Source: the human T2T-CHM13v2.0 reference genome, Homo sapiens
Assembly: GCF_009914755.1 (NCBI RefSeq)
Contig: NC_060934.1
Direction: 5' to 3' (one strand)
DNA length: 64,000 nt
A model generated the notes under the pieces. It was not told where the DNA came from. It worked only from the letters and a program-made list of their open reading frames with translations, and made no database searches. A program made the position numbers and the translations under genes. Below are positions 44,761-60,829 of this stretch, one piece after another. Position 1 is the first letter of the stretch, and each line of letters starts with the position of its first letter.

Positions 44761-46819
44761 ATTGAGATATTGCTAAGCATCTCAGTGGTAAACGCGGCTG
44801 CCAGAGGAACCAAGGGATAGGGTATGTAGACCTTACAGAAGGATGGATGGTAAAGGCAGTCCATCATCAGCACAATCTGACTTACATTTCATTGAGTAAT
44901 TTTTTTTTTTTTTAAGATTCTGTATGGCAGCACTTTCAGTTGCCCTTGTGTGCCGGCCACAGCCGCACAAGTTGGCTTGTGGTTTATCCCCCGCTATAAG
45001 TGAGAGCTGGAGAAACTTCAACTCCATAGGTCTAGAGGAAACATTGTTTTAGGTTATTTCTGTCCACCCCTGTGCGATACTATTTATTGATCCAAGCAGA
45101 AGAGCTTGGGGACACTGAGTCGAAGTGGGGACATGGGATTGAAGCCTGGGCACTGCTGCTGCATGAGCTGTGTGTCCTGGGTGTGCCGGCCTTTCTGTGA
45201 AGGGGGTTGGTGGCAGTGCCCACCTCACTAGATGCCTCTGACCCAGCCTCCCCTGGGGGAGTGGGTGGCCACAGACCCTCCCTGCCAGAGCTCCTGGAAG
45301 GCTCCTGCAGGCCTGACCCATCTATTCCTGTAGACCTGGTTTAGGATGAAGTCTCGGTGCGATTTTTGCAGAGTTGGGTTTATCTTTCAACTATAGACCC
45401 TTCTGGCTGTTCTCAGCCATATCATGTGACTCTGAATAGTTGGATGAGGAATGGAAAGAAAGCAAGGATGAGAGCCGGTCACGTGGCAGTCTCCGCCCAG
45501 CATCGGCTGTCCGCACAGAGGCACAGGGCAGGCCTCCTGTGCACTCCCCACCTAGCACTGGCCTGTCCTGAATCCCCGCCTTCCCTGGTTGGAGGCCAGC
45601 TGTGGCATTTGCACCCTCTTCTCACCTCACCATGCACATGCTAACTTTAAAGCCTTGGGGTCTTTCCTGTACCCCCTCCTCAACCCTGGTCCACCCCCTC
45701 TCAGGATCTTGTCAACGTTATTTTTCCTGTCCCGTCTTCCTATCGCTGGCCTTCCTTTCCCATCCTAAAAACTTGCCGAGGCCCTATGGCTCCCTCCCTT
45801 TCTTTCCCAGGCAGCTTCTTATCTGGGCTGTCTGTACCCCTTCCTTTGCACCACCCACCATGCCCCACGTAGCTGAAAGCTGCTTATCCCAATTGTCAAC
45901 TCTGGCCTTCTTCAGCCTCTGTAGCACCAGACACTGCACCTCCTGAATGTCCTCTGCTTCTCTGCTTCAGAGGCCCAGGCTCGCCAGTTCTCTGACCTCT
46001 CCCATATGTCTGCTTAGGACTCTGCTGCAGCTGTCCTCACCAGCCTCCGGGGAATCCCACTACCCACAGGGCAGGGCTGTGGGCTGGGCTGAAAAACCAT
46101 CTGCATGGTCCACAAGAAGCCTGGCACTGGGTTTCCCCATGAATAACAATGAAAATTAATGGATGCACAACCTTCCTGGAACGTGGAATTTCTCTGGGAG
46201 ATTCCATGCAGAGGCCACTGGGGAGGTGGCAGGCATGCATGTGACTGTAGGTGGCTGCAGTGTTGGAAGGCTCCCAGCAGAGCAGAGAGGGTGTCAGTCT
46301 CATCAGGGAACCCACCTGATGGCTTCTCAGCCAGCAGTCTCAGAGGAACATAGACGACTGCTGAGAAAGGAGGGAGGCAGCAGTGGTCCCAGCACCTGAG
46401 GCATCCTGCTGTCATGGGAAGGTCTCCGCCCAAATGTCAGATGCATCAGCCTGTCACCCGCTGGTCCAGAGCTTTCAGCTGTACTGGTAGGGGGTGGGTG
46501 GTGGAGTGCTGAATGACCTTCACAGGTGGGCCTTTCCAGCTCTAGGGTCTTACGGGTGTCGGTCCACAGAACCACGGTTTTTAGGTTGTGTGTCCGGGGC
46601 TATGGGAACCTGTCCCCCATGATGGATCTTGGTAGAGACACTTCCCTCTGTCATCGTGCCCAGGAGGATGCTGCAGGTGACTACCTGCAGCCCTGTTCTC
46701 ATTCATTTGGATGCCCTCCAGAAATCTGGGGAGCCATACACCTTTAGAGCCTTTTTTGCTCCTTATCAAGTTGGCAAGGCTTGGCCAATTCCTGTTCAAG
46801 GCTGCATTAAAGGCATGTT

Positions 46820-47035
<216 letters not shown>

Positions 47036-47253
47036 TCATTCTCAAATGCTTTTGGCGTCTCCAGGGTGCCTCAGGAAAACATGAAGTGGGCATTGTAGAA
47101 CTTGGGGCTACTGTGTAACTTTGGAAGAAAAAGTTAAGGGTACTTTTAAGTGGATACTGTTTTGATGAAATTGCCAACTTCAGGGAGCCCAGCTTGGAGA
47201 AGGAGGACGTGAGTATTCCTTACAAGGCTCCGAAACAATTCTTTCTTCACTTA

Positions 47254-47674
<421 letters not shown>

Positions 47675-47699
47675 CTAGTCTTTTTAAAAAGTACACTTA

Positions 47700-47705
47700 A
47701 ATAAA
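47700..47705 (+). terminator. Candidate distal poly(A) signal AATAAA
   Basis: Canonical hexamer in non-Alu AT-rich sequence, with TGTA upstream at 47655. Confidence 0.55.
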
Positions 47706-48285
47706 AATCTAAACATAAGAGAATGTAAAGTGAAAAGTGAAAGTATGTCTTCTGTTACGCAGAGGTAACTACTATTAGGAATCCTTCCTGAAAATGTCCA
47801 TGCATCTACTCAGGTCATCACACCCATGGAATCATTTTACATACTATTTTATGAGTGTTACTTAATATACTGATCCACAGTGCGTTTTCACGGTCACGCC
47901 ATCAGTTGTAGGAGTGTGCCAAGAACAGATGGGCCTTGCCTTTGTACCAGAGGAGTCCATTTACAGTTGCAGGTAATAGAAAACCCAATTCAGACTGGCC
48001 TAAACAATGAGGGGAGGTTTTGGCTCTTGAAACTGGAAAGTCCCAAGGTGGGGTGAGTTTCAGGTTTGGGTTGATCCAAGTGGCTCAGTGACGTCAACAG
48101 GATCTTGTTTCCATTTCTCTGCCTTCCACAGCCTCCCCTTCATCTATGGTGGAGGGAAGGAGTCTACCACAGACAAACCCCGAGCCTCCCCCTGATGGGT
48201 GGTGTGGTGGTGAAGCCAGCAAGGGAAGGGATCCCCGGACACACCCCTCCTCATGCTTTATCCCACTGAAACCATGCGGCTGTGA

Positions 48286-48742
<457 letters not shown>

Positions 48743-50433
48743 TAGGTACTCAGGGCTGGGGTGTACCTGTTGCTGCCTGACCACTGCTGGTGTGTGTGGG
48801 TATAAGGTGACAAAACCTCCTACCCCTGTGAGGTTGTTTCAAGGATTAAATGAGTTGAGATGGGTAAGCATCTAACAAAGATCCAGATTATTTAGTATGC
48901 ATCCCCTGAATTATTGCTAACATAATTTTAATGATTGGGGAATTTTATCTGTGGCTGCCAGTCCCTACGAGAGAGCTGCCTGGGTCACATGTCAGATAGC
49001 TCAAGCTTTGAATCACTGAAACGAAACGGTCCACTTCCCTGTCCCTTTAGGAACAAGGCTTCGAGGTCTGTGGCAAGCCTCAGCAGGCATTTGGAGTTCA
49101 AGGTCTGTTCTCTTTCTGTGCCATAGAGGTGGGGAGACAAGGTAGGGTGTTGCTTCTTGCCTGGAGCGCAGATGCTACCAGAAACCAACACAACCAAAGT
49201 TGCCCGGGAGCCCCCAGAAGCAGCAGAGTGGCCATCAACTGCCAAGGGGCCAGGGTAGGCCACAGAGGCCTGGGGCCCAGGAGGGATGGTCTGTGGGGAG
49301 AAAGGGGATTATTGTGAACATCAACGCTGGGGATAATGTGCCCTGAAGACAGCAGCATATCACGTTTGGACGGTTGGTGGACCCCATCTGGTCCCACTCA
49401 TAAGGAGAACAGAGGCCCTGGGGTGTGCTGGGACTTGCCTGAGGCCTCAGACCGGGACTGGGTGCTCCTCCGCACCTCCTATGAGGGAGGGTGTCCGTGT
49501 CTGTGAGGACAGCTCAGCAGGGCTGGGAACCTGGGGGCAGTGCTGGGGGACATGTGTGAGACTAGCGTGTGTGGGCCTTGCTCGGCTTGCCCTGGTGCCC
49601 TGAGAAAAACCTGGTATTTGAAAATACACATGGACTGCTGGAAGGTCAGGAAATCCAGGGTTTTGTTCTGAGGCAGTGGAAGTGTTACCGTGAGCCTGTG
49701 TTGGCCTCTCTCCTCACTCCACCTGCAGCCAATTCAGCCACACTGCCTTTGCATGGAACCCAGGGTTGCAGGCCGCGTGTGTAGATGCTGATTTAGGCCC
49801 AAGCACTCAGCTGTCAGCAGGAAGGACCATAGTGTTTTCTTCTAGTTTTAGATATGCACTCGTTCTGTGTTTTAAAGTCACAGCTGTGAGCCAATATGGG
49901 AAGAAGTGAAGTGGCCTCTAGGAGGGACTGAGCACCCTGTCCTTGGAGGTATGCAAGCCCAGGCTACACCCTTCCTGTCTGGGATGATATGGCTGGGGGT
50001 GGGCTTTGTGCTGCGTGGACCATGGCAAGCCTTTCCATCTCTGAGAGGTAGTGGTCCTTCCCGTGCCTTCTGTTAAAGATAATTTTTTAAAAAAAGGCAT
50101 AACTCATATATATTACATGTACACATGTCAAAGATTTTATTTAACTCAGTAATTGAGAGTGCTGCTAAGATTAACAGCCAGTTCAAAAGAGAAATCACAA
50201 TGAACCATAAATCTGTATGGAGTAAAGGAAAGTTGAAACTGGCTGGGGTTTTTTTTTTTTTTTTTTTTTTTGAGGAGAAAGGTCAATTGAATCTTATTCG
50301 TATAATATGCACATCCATAGACAAGAATTATTTTGCATTAACTCTACAACTTAGTTGTAAAAATAGCTCAAAGGCAGTGAAAGACTAGAATCAGATAATT
50401 GGAAGGGTGCACCCTAAGCAATGCATAGTTCTA

Positions 50434-50735
<302 letters not shown>

Positions 50736-52311
50736 CCCAATGCATAGTTTTTTACTGAAGACAACCAGAATCTCTGTTGCTTATTCCAAATTTCCTTCCA
50801 CCACTTGTCCATCCAGCAGAGCCACTTTTAAAATAGGACACAGGCAGAAATTTAAAGGAGTCAATATCTCATGGTGAAAAGTGAATCCTGAGGGTTAGAG
50901 CATCCACCAGGTGCCCTAGGTAAGGGCCAGCCACTCTGGGAGGCAGCCCGGGGCACTCACTGTCCTCTCAGTAGTAAATGAAATCACTCAGGCCATGTCT
51001 GCTACCCAGAGAGCCTGAGTGTCCTCAAATGCTTGTTCTGCCTCTCCATCCACTCCTGCAGACACCTCAGTGGCTGCATCCCAAACCGCTGAACTTTGCT
51101 TCTCTTTCTCCAACCCCCAATTCCACCCACATCCAAAACTGCTCTGCCCCCTATTCCCATCTCAGCTGAGGGTACTATCATCCACCCTGTGGCCACATCC
51201 AGGAATGTGTGTATCACCTGGGCTCTGAGGATGACATCAGCTCTTCTAAGTCAACAGAATGTCGGGTCTGTTCTAAAAGTCTCATCTGACAAGGAGATCT
51301 TTAAGGCTTTACTCCCTTAAAGGCTTTACTCCCATCATGATGGGATAACCATCATGATGGATTTCAGTGTCATTCTGTCTTTTTCTTCGGAATGATTCCT
51401 GGGACTCGCCTTGTTTGCAACATGTGCATTGAAATATCTTTTCAACATAACTTTGTTCTTAATTGTGTTTACTTCCTTTCTCTGTGAATCTCAGTGATTC
51501 CTGGAAGCTGTGGTTGGTGGGGGATGGGGTGGGAGGACTTTGGTAGTATAAAAGAGTACCTGCAATGAATGTTCTAAGAAACTGGAGTGTTGGGGTCCTC
51601 CAGCCCTTGGCTGGTAAACTCTCCACTCCTTCCTCTTTGCAACACAATTCTCATAACTGGCAAAGGTGTGCATGTAAAATTTGTGACTGTAGTCTGAGGT
51701 TTTTTTTCCCTGTACAATTCCGCCTTCCCCCCTGCAAGCCTGTACCAGGAGAGGTCTCAGCTGCCTTGGAGGCGGTGAGACACGTGGGTGCTCACTGTGG
51801 CCCTCAAGGGTGAGGCTGGCACTGGGGCATCTGGGGCCAGAAGTCCTCCTTTAGTCCCAAGTCTCTGCCACTCAAGTGCATCAGTGAGAGGTCCTCATAG
51901 AAAATCTACTGTGGGCACAAAGCTGCCAGGCTGATGGGGGTGGGGAGCAAACGAACACCCTTTTCCCCTTTTACACCAGAGGAAAGAGACTTAGACTGAG
52001 GAACTTGCCTGCTGCCAGACAGCTGGGAGGTGGTAGAACCGGGCTTACAGCCCAGGGTTTCCACTCTAGGAACTCTTCTCCCTTCCTCTGATGACACTAA
52101 CTCGCAGGCCATGATCAATGAGCAACGATGTAGGCAGGCACTGACGAGGCACAGCAGGAAGGCAGCTCAGTGCCCATGACGGCCAGGAACTGGGTACCAT
52201 TTCCTCAGCAAAATGGGATAGTAACTCCCACACTGCAGCTACGCACTTGGGCAGGGTTCACAAGGCCAGCAGCCACAACATCACCCCAGACCAGCAGCAG
52301 CTGCAGCATTA

Positions 52312-52708
<397 letters not shown>

Positions 52709-52810
52709 TTAACCAGCCCTTCGGTGGTTACAGAAGGATAGAGCCAGAATAGACTAACCACTGTAACAAACATTACCTATACTTGGGAGGCTTTGAAAAA
52801 TGTTTATTTA

Positions 52811-53195
<385 letters not shown>

Positions 53196-55045
53196 TCATG
53201 GACCCAGGTTCCTTTCCTGTTGTGGGTCCAGCCTCCTGTAGCTGTTGGAGGCATCTCTAGTCAGCTGGTGGTTGGGGAAGAGGTGAGGATCAGGGAGGGA
53301 AGATGGAGAGTACTCTGCTTGTTCTCACATTCTGCTGGCCAGAACTCACAAGCCACCTGAAATGATGCAAAGGTCTAGCTGTGTGTGTAGGAGAAAGAAG
53401 AGAGGCCAGATATTGGAAGACAGCAGTGGTCTGTGCCCCAGGCCCCATGGTTTAGGGAAGTGAACCTTGGCACTGGATTTCCTGGCTTTCTAAATCTCCC
53501 TTTATAGGGAACTTGGGGCCCAGTCTGTGGTGGGTGGATTTGCCTGGTTCACAGCCTCTGGTCAGCCTTCTTTCTGCTCCACAGGGCGGCCTGGAGATGG
53601 TGGGCTCCTTGTCACACTGGGTGGGGATGTGGGCTCCATGGGGCCAGAGATGTGTGTGCTCTGTGTTCAGATTAAGGGACAGACGGCACATGAATTCCTT
53701 CAGTGCCCTCCAGATTTGGTCACTGGGGAGGGGTAGGCTGAGCAGTAGCTCTTGGGTCTGTAGTAGTGTGACCCTGGAAGGACTGTCCAGCTGAAAACAA
53801 GAGCCTGGGGCGTGGGGAGGGGAGGGGTTACTCAGGGTTCCATGAGACCTGGGTTTAAGTCCTGGATCCATCATTAGCAGCTATGTGAACTTATGCCTCA
53901 CTTTCCTCAAATATGAACTTGAGATAATGAAATTACCTTCCTCATAATACTGTTCTAAGAATTGAATGAGGAAAGGTTTACAATTCGGCCCTGGTTGTTC
54001 CACTGGGGAGGGAACAGAGATTGGGGGCACAGGGCTCCCCTGGCCTGGGGGAGTCTGGCTCACTCAAGTTCTCAGTCATTTGCAAGGCAAGGACCCTGCT
54101 TCTCCTTGCTCTGGGTCCGAGTAGTCTCAAGCCCAGTGGGCAGGGCCTGTGGTGTGGATGGACTCGTCTGCAGTGAGTCAGGCAGCAGGCAGAGCTGGCA
54201 GGCTGTGTGGTCTCTAGTGGGTACCAGGGGACCTGGGAGGGCCTTGTGGGAGGTTGTCCACGGTGTGAGCCAGTTTGCCATCTGGGGTCCTGGAGTTCCC
54301 TCCCGCCCTTTGAGTTAAAAAGAGTCAGTCCTGGGCTGAGACTTAATTGCGCTAGTGCTGAGTGACCTTGTGTCAGGGGAAATCGGATGGGGCAAAGTGT
54401 TTTTTAATTAGCAGGACTCACTGACCTTTCCTTCACTGTCAGCAACTTCTCACAGGGAGGCAGAGCAAGGGGGGCTGGAGCCCCGCATCTCTCTAATGGA
54501 GCCTATGTCCAACAAGGAGGTGGATGGCTGGATTCAGGGCCCTGGGAGGACTTCATGTGGGAAGCAGACCTCAGGAAGGGCCCTTAGTGATGGTGTGGGC
54601 CAGGGTTCTCACCTCCTTAGTCTCCTGTCCTGTCCATCTCCGCAGCATCCTAGGCAAAAGAAGCGGAGAAACACTCAAGCCACTGGGGTGGTTAGGGCAC
54701 ACTGGTGGCAATTGTTTAAAACCTTAACTAAAACAAGGTTAAGCAAAAGGAGTTTACAGGCTCTCATAGATGGGAAGGATGTGGGAGGGTCACAGACTGA
54801 GAGGAACCAGGGCTGTGGCTGCTGGAAGGAGCCTCACCACCGCCAGTGTGTTTCCTCCCCGTCGTCGGCATCTCTGCTTCTCTCTGCACGCCAGCAGCTC
54901 TCTCTTAGGGCACGCAGACCTTTCCTCTGCAGGGGAACACGAGTGCCGGCAGCCCCGAGTTAGTGACTATCATAGAAACTCAGTGTATTTCTCTCTTGTT
55001 TATCATTCCGAGTCCTGAGTCACAGGCTTGTCCAGCACTCAAGAC

Positions 55046-55317
55046 TTTTTCTTTTCTCTATTTTTTGAAACGGATTCTCGCTCTGTCCCCCAGGCTGGAG
55101 TGCAGTGGCCCGATTTTGGGTGCAAGCGATTCTCCTGCCTCAACCTCCCGAGTAGCTGGGACTACAGGTGTGCGCCACCACATCCAGCTAATTTTTGTAT
55201 TTTTAGTAGAGACGGAGTTTCACTATGTTGGCCAGGCTGGTTTCAAACTCCTGACCTCCCGCCCGCCTCAGCCTCCCAAAGTGCTGGGATTACAGGCATG
55301 AGCCACCACGCCTGGCC
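55046..55317 (-). mobile_element. AluS with internal deletions
   Basis: Antisense Alu consensus. Confidence 0.88.
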
Positions 55318-56919
55318 AAGATTTTTTCTTTTAAACCTGGAGTATGGAGATGCTCACTAGGCAGACAGAATCAGCCACCACAGCCCACTCCCTCAGCCAG
55401 TATTACTTTGACTAAGTTAGTGAGGAACCAGGCCCCAGATTAAGAAGCAGAACTCACACTGTCATCTGCTGTGTGCCTGGCTGGCTCATGCATACCTTGT
55501 CTATCTAATGTGGACCAAAGCCCTGTGGCACACCCTGCTGGTTACCCCCAGTGGTTACCCTGGCACAGAGGAGGAAAGGGAGTCGTGGGAGGGAGAAGGA
55601 CTTCCCTGGGAGGTCTCTGGGCTGGCAAGTTGGGTGACACAGGTCCGGTTGGCTGCAAGCCTGGGCTCTGCTGTTGTAATCATAAATGTGTGTGTGTGTA
55701 CAGTTGTTTACAATGTCAGCATGGGTGTCCTTGTTTGTTAGAGATACATGCCACTGCTCCCATCATGAGGAAAATCCCAAGCCCTCCCCATGATTTTTGC
55801 CAGTTTCTGGGGACTCATGCTCCTGGCAGCCCATGTGTCCCCAACTCCTGTGTCCTTTAGGGACCTCTGTTGAGCCCTGCCTCTATTCTGGCAGAATTAG
55901 AGAAAATTCTTTAAAAAAACAATAAAGTTTAAATTCATTTAAAAAAATAATAAAAAATCTCACAGCATGAGTTTTGATGAGATTTGGGGCAAGGTGGGCC
56001 ACAACCTTGGGTTGTATGGCCACCTCCCCCTCTTCTTCCCCTGTTGTCTCTGCAGCTCAGAAACCCCAATTTCCTGGCCTGTGTTATGTGGAGGAGCTGA
56101 GCTCACCCCCTACAGCTTCATCTCCAAACCTAGCAAGGATCCTGCCCAGATCAGGAGATCCTCCTTTTAACAGAAGTTATTTACACTCCTTAGAAAGCAG
56201 TGGGGGTGGAACGATTCTTTTTCCTGATGCAGAGATGTAAAACTGGGACATTGCTACACATAATATTTTAAACCTGTCTTCCCTCTTACCAACGAACACA
56301 TCACTAGCACCATCTATGCCAATACATTTCTCAACATCAATTTCAGTGGCTGTATTACATTTTATCCTACGGATGTGCTCTCATTTATAATCTAAACCAC
56401 TTTTATTGAACACATCAGTTATTCTGAAATTTTCAGTGTTATGATGGATGTTGCAGTAATTATTCTTATATATGCACAGAACCCCCAGAGGACATGACTA
56501 CTGAAGGCTGTGCTGGCAGGATCACAGGTAAGGATCTAGCAAATTGTCCCAGCTTCATTGACTGAGCTTTCATCCTTGTTGCACTACTTTGAGCTGCCAT
56601 TTTGATCATATAATAATGATTTAGTAGAGCTCTTTTTTGGTTCAACCTACCTGTTCTTGTATCAGAACTGAAATGTTTGATTTTATAAATTTGAATAGTG
56701 GCACAATATAGAGTTCACTATTCCTCAATATTTTCAAGGCTGTTTCTTATCTGTTCATTCTTTTGGTTAACTTGGGAATTATTTTATCAAGTCTCTCTAC
56801 TTCCCAATTTCCTTTCACCTTTGGCTCGAAATGATATTCAATGTATACATTAACTTGAGTTACATTTTGCTGCATAATGCTTGAGTTACATTTTGAGTAT
56901 TACGTGTTACTCATAATAC

Positions 56920-57345
56920 ATATTGAGTTACATTTTGCTGCATAATACATTATCCCCAAGTTTAACACCTTAAAGCAGCACATATATATCTCATACCCTT
57001 CTGAGGGTCAGGAATCTAGAAGCAGCTTAGCTGGGTGACTGTGGCTCTGGGTCTCTCATGAGGCTGCAGTGAAACTGTTGGCCAGGGCTGGAGGATCCCT
57101 TCCAACCTCACTCCATGACTGTTGGTGGGAGGCTTCAGTTCTCCACCTGGTTCTCACAATATAATTTCCCCCAGAGTGAGTTATCAGAGAGAGTGTGCAA
57201 CCAGTAATCTGTTAGAATATGTCACGTCTGTCATATTTGATTGGTCACTCAGACCAACCCTAATAGATGCGAGAGTGACTATGCAAGGGTGTGAGTTCCA
57301 GGAGGAAAGCATCATTGGAACCATCTTGGAGACTGGCTAATACAC
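56920..57345 (-). mobile_element. MLT1F-like MaLR LTR
   Basis: gggtcaggaatctagaagcagcttagctgggtg...ggtctctcatgaggctgcagt motif. Confidence 0.75.
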
Positions 57346-58358
57346 AGATAAATGGCACATCTGACAATATGGCATCTTTCTGAGTGTCAGTGTGGTGTGT
57401 TCCTATATGAACTTAATGCTATTAAACTTAATTAAATTGTAGGTATGCTCTCAGTGAAGATTTTTACTTTTACATTACAGGTTTCCACACTGTTAAATTC
57501 ATTCCAAGTATTTCATACATGCTGTTCCTATTATGAAAGGATCTTTTTTTTCACATGGCATTTTCTAAGTAGTTGTTGCATTCATATAGGAGATGCTATT
57601 GATTTTGACACCCATAATTTTTCAGTGGAGACAAGGCAGAAACTACTCCAGACTCTCACCTGCTGTTGCTGATCCTTACATGGTGGCTGTGCCAGGCTCA
57701 GCCGCGCTGAGATGACAGGGCTGTCTGGCCATCATTGGTCATATGGACTTCAGATTTGAAAGGATTTTATGTAGAAGCAGAGTGCCTGATAGGACTCTCC
57801 GGGACCCCCATTTCTGCCCTGCTTGGCTCCCACTGGCAAGGCTGGCTCAGTTCCTGTCACCTTCTCCTGGACTTTGGCCAGAGTCCACTGGCTGTTTCCC
57901 CTGCCTCCTGCTCTCCCAGTGCCCTCTCCACACCAGTGCCAGAGCTGCTTCTAAGAGATGCCTCAAAGCCCGCTTCCAGCTTAGGAACCCCAGGGAACAT
58001 GGATGGTTTCTCCATTGCCACTTCCTAGCCTTCCTGGCATAGGAAGGTCTGGTTTGCCTGCAGGTCCCTCTCTGGGGGGGTCCCTGCTCCATAGATGCTG
58101 AGGCTCCAGAAGTCTGTTCTTTTATATCACATTTGAAAACCTTTGAAATGCATTATAGTTGAGTCATATGAATTATGTAAGTATATCCTACTCATTGTAT
58201 AAAACAACACAGAATTGTCTAAAGTGTCATTTTTCTCCGCATTCCAAGAAAAAGCTAAGAAGCAATGCTAAACAATTAGGCGTGTGATCTTCTGTACTTT
58301 TCCCTTTGTCTCCACAAAAGTAATCGGACATACAGAATTTTAAAAATGGATTACCCTG

Positions 58359-60660
58359 GGAAAGGCTCCTCCTCTCCCTCTCCCTCCTCTCCCTCTCCCT
58401 CCTCTCCCTCTCCCTCCTCTCCCTCTCCCTCCTCTCCCTCTCCCTCCTCTCCCTCTCCCTCCTCTCCCTCTCCCTCTCCCTCTCCCCACGGTCTCCCTCT
58501 CCCTCTCTTTCCACGGTCTCCCCCTGATGCCGAGCCAAAGCTGGACTGTACTGCTGCCATCTCGGCTCACTGCAACCTCCCTGCCTGATTCTCCTGCCTC
58601 AGCCTGCCGAGTGCCTGCGATTGCAGGCGCGCGCCGCCACGCCTGACTGGTTTTCGTATTTTTTTGGTGGAGACGGGGTTTCGCTGTGTTGGCCGGGCTG
58701 GTCTCCAGCTCCTAACCGCGAGTGATCCGCCAGCCTCGGCCTCCCGAGGTGCCGGGATGGCAGACGGAGTCGTGTTCACTCAGTGCTCAATGGTGCCCAG
58801 GCTGGAGTGCAGTGGCGTGATCTCGGCTCGCTACAACCTCCACTTCCCAGCTGCCTGCCTTGGCCCCGCAAAGTGCCGAGATTGCAGCCTCTGCCCGGCC
58901 GCCACCCCGTCTGGGAAGTGAGGAGCGTCTCTGCCTGGCCGCCCATCGTCTGGGATGTGAGGAGCCTCTCTGCCTGGCTGCCCAGTCTGGAAAGTGAGGA
59001 GCGTCTCTGCCCGGCCGCCATCCCATCTAGGAAGTGAGGAGCGTCTCTGCCAGGCCGCCCATCTTCTGCGATGTGGGGAGCGCCTCTGCCCTGCCGCCCC
59101 GTCTGGGATGTGAGGAGCGTCTCTGCCCGGCTGCCCCGTCTGAGAAGTGAGGAGACCCTCTGCCTGGCAACCGCCCCGTCTGAGAAGTGAGGAGCCCCTC
59201 CGCCCAGCAGCCACACCCTCTGAGAAGTGAGGAGCCCCTCCGCCCGGCAGCCACTCCGTCTGGGAAGTGAGGAGCGTCTCCGCCTGGCAGCCACCCCGTC
59301 TGGGAGGGAGGTGGGGGTCAGCCCCCCGCCCGGCCAGCCGCCCTGTCCAGAAGGGAGGTGGGGGGGTTAGCCCCCCGCCCGGCCAGCCGCCCCATCCAGG
59401 AGGGAGGTGGGGGGGTCATCCCTCTGCCCGGCCAGCTGCCCGTCCGGGAGGGAGGTGGGGGGGTCAGCCCCCCGCCCGGCCAGCCACCCCGTCCGGGAGG
59501 TGAGGGGCGCCTCTGCCCGGCCGCCCCTACTGGGAAGTGAGGAGCCCCTCTGCCCGGCCAGCCGCCCCGTCCAGGAAGGATGTGGGGGGGTCAGCCCCGG
59601 GCCCGGCCAGCCGCCACATCCGGGAGGTGAGGGGCGCCTCTGCCCGGCCGCCCCTACTGGGAAGAGAGGAGCCCCTCTGCCCGGCCAGCCGCCCCGTCCG
59701 GGAGGGAGGCGGGGAGGTCAGCCCCCCGCCCGGCCAGCCGCCCCGTCCAGGAGGGAGGCGGGGGGGTCAGCCCCCCGCCTGGCCAGCTGCCCCGTCCGGG
59801 AGGTGAGGGGCGCCTCTGCCTGGCCGCCCCTACTGGGACGTGAGGAGCCCCTCTGCCCGGCCAGCCGCCCCGTCCAGGAGGGAGGTGGGGGGGTCAGCCC
59901 CCCACCCGGCCAGCCGCCCCATCCGGGAGGGAGGTGGGGGGGTCAGCCCCCCACCCGGCCAGCCGCCCCATCCGGGAGGGAGGCGGGGAGGTCAGCCCCC
60001 CGCCCAGCCAGCCGCCCTGTCCGGGAGGGAGGCGGGGGGGTCAGCCCCCCGCCCGGCCAGCCGCCCCGTCCGGGAGGTGAGGGGCGCCTCTGCCCGGCCG
60101 CCCCTACTGGGAAGTGAGGAGCCCCTCTGCCCGGCCACCACCCCGTCTGGGAGGTGTACTCAACAGCTCATTGAGAACGGGCCATGATGACAATGGCGGT
60201 TTTGTGGAATAGAAAGGGGGGAAAGGTGGGGAAAAGATTGAGAAATCGGATGGTTGCCATGTCTGTGTAGAAAGAGGTAGACATGGGAGACTTTTCATTT
60301 TGTTCTGTACTAAGAAAAATTCTTCTGCCTTGGGATCCTGTTGATCTGTGACCTTACCCCCAACCCTGTGCTCTCTGAAACATGTGCTATGTCCACTCAG
60401 GGTTGAATGGATTAAGGGTGGTGCAAGATGTGCTTTGTTAAACAGATGCTTGAAGGCAGCATGCTCATTAAGAGTCATCACCACTCCCTAATCTCAAGTA
60501 CCCAGGGACACAAACACTGCGGAAGGCTGCAGGGTCCTCTGCCTAGGAAAACCAGAGACCTTTGTTCACTTATCTGCTGACCTTCCCTCCACTATTGTCC
60601 TGTGACCCTGCCAAATCCCCCTCTGCGAGAAACACCCAAGAATGATCAATAAAAAAGAAA
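58359..60660 (+). mobile_element. Full-length SVA retrotransposon (SVA_D-like, subfamily uncertain)
   Basis: (CCCTCT)n-type head ~58366-58505, antisense Alu-like region to ~58890, GC-rich VNTR to ~60150, SINE-R, AATAAA at 60648. TSD AAAAATGGATTACCCTG at 58342-58358 and 60661-60677, at a TTTT/AAAAA endonuclease site. Confidence 0.97.
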
Positions 60661-60829
60661 AAAAATGGATTACCCTGTGCACAGTATTCTGCATGGCGTC
60701 TTTTCATTTTATCAACGGTGGCCACTTCCCTCGACGAAACAGTCGACTTCATTGTGACAGGAGTAGAGGTCCATGCTGGGCAACCCACCCCCATGGAGGG
60801 ACACTCAGGTGGTTTCCAGTCACTTGCAC

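Noticed and set aside
48089-48096. Perfect CRE palindrome TGACGTCA
   Set aside because: Isolated 8-mer in probable old LTR sequence; roughly one is expected by chance in 64 kb.
58890-60150. Repeat-spacer-like array superficially resembling CRISPR
   Set aside because: SVA VNTR: tandem degenerate GC-rich units with no unique spacers, no cas genes, primate context.
58227-60484. Many long overlapping ORFs (up to 236 aa) with repeated peptides
   Set aside because: Translations of the SVA hexamer and VNTR, not genes.
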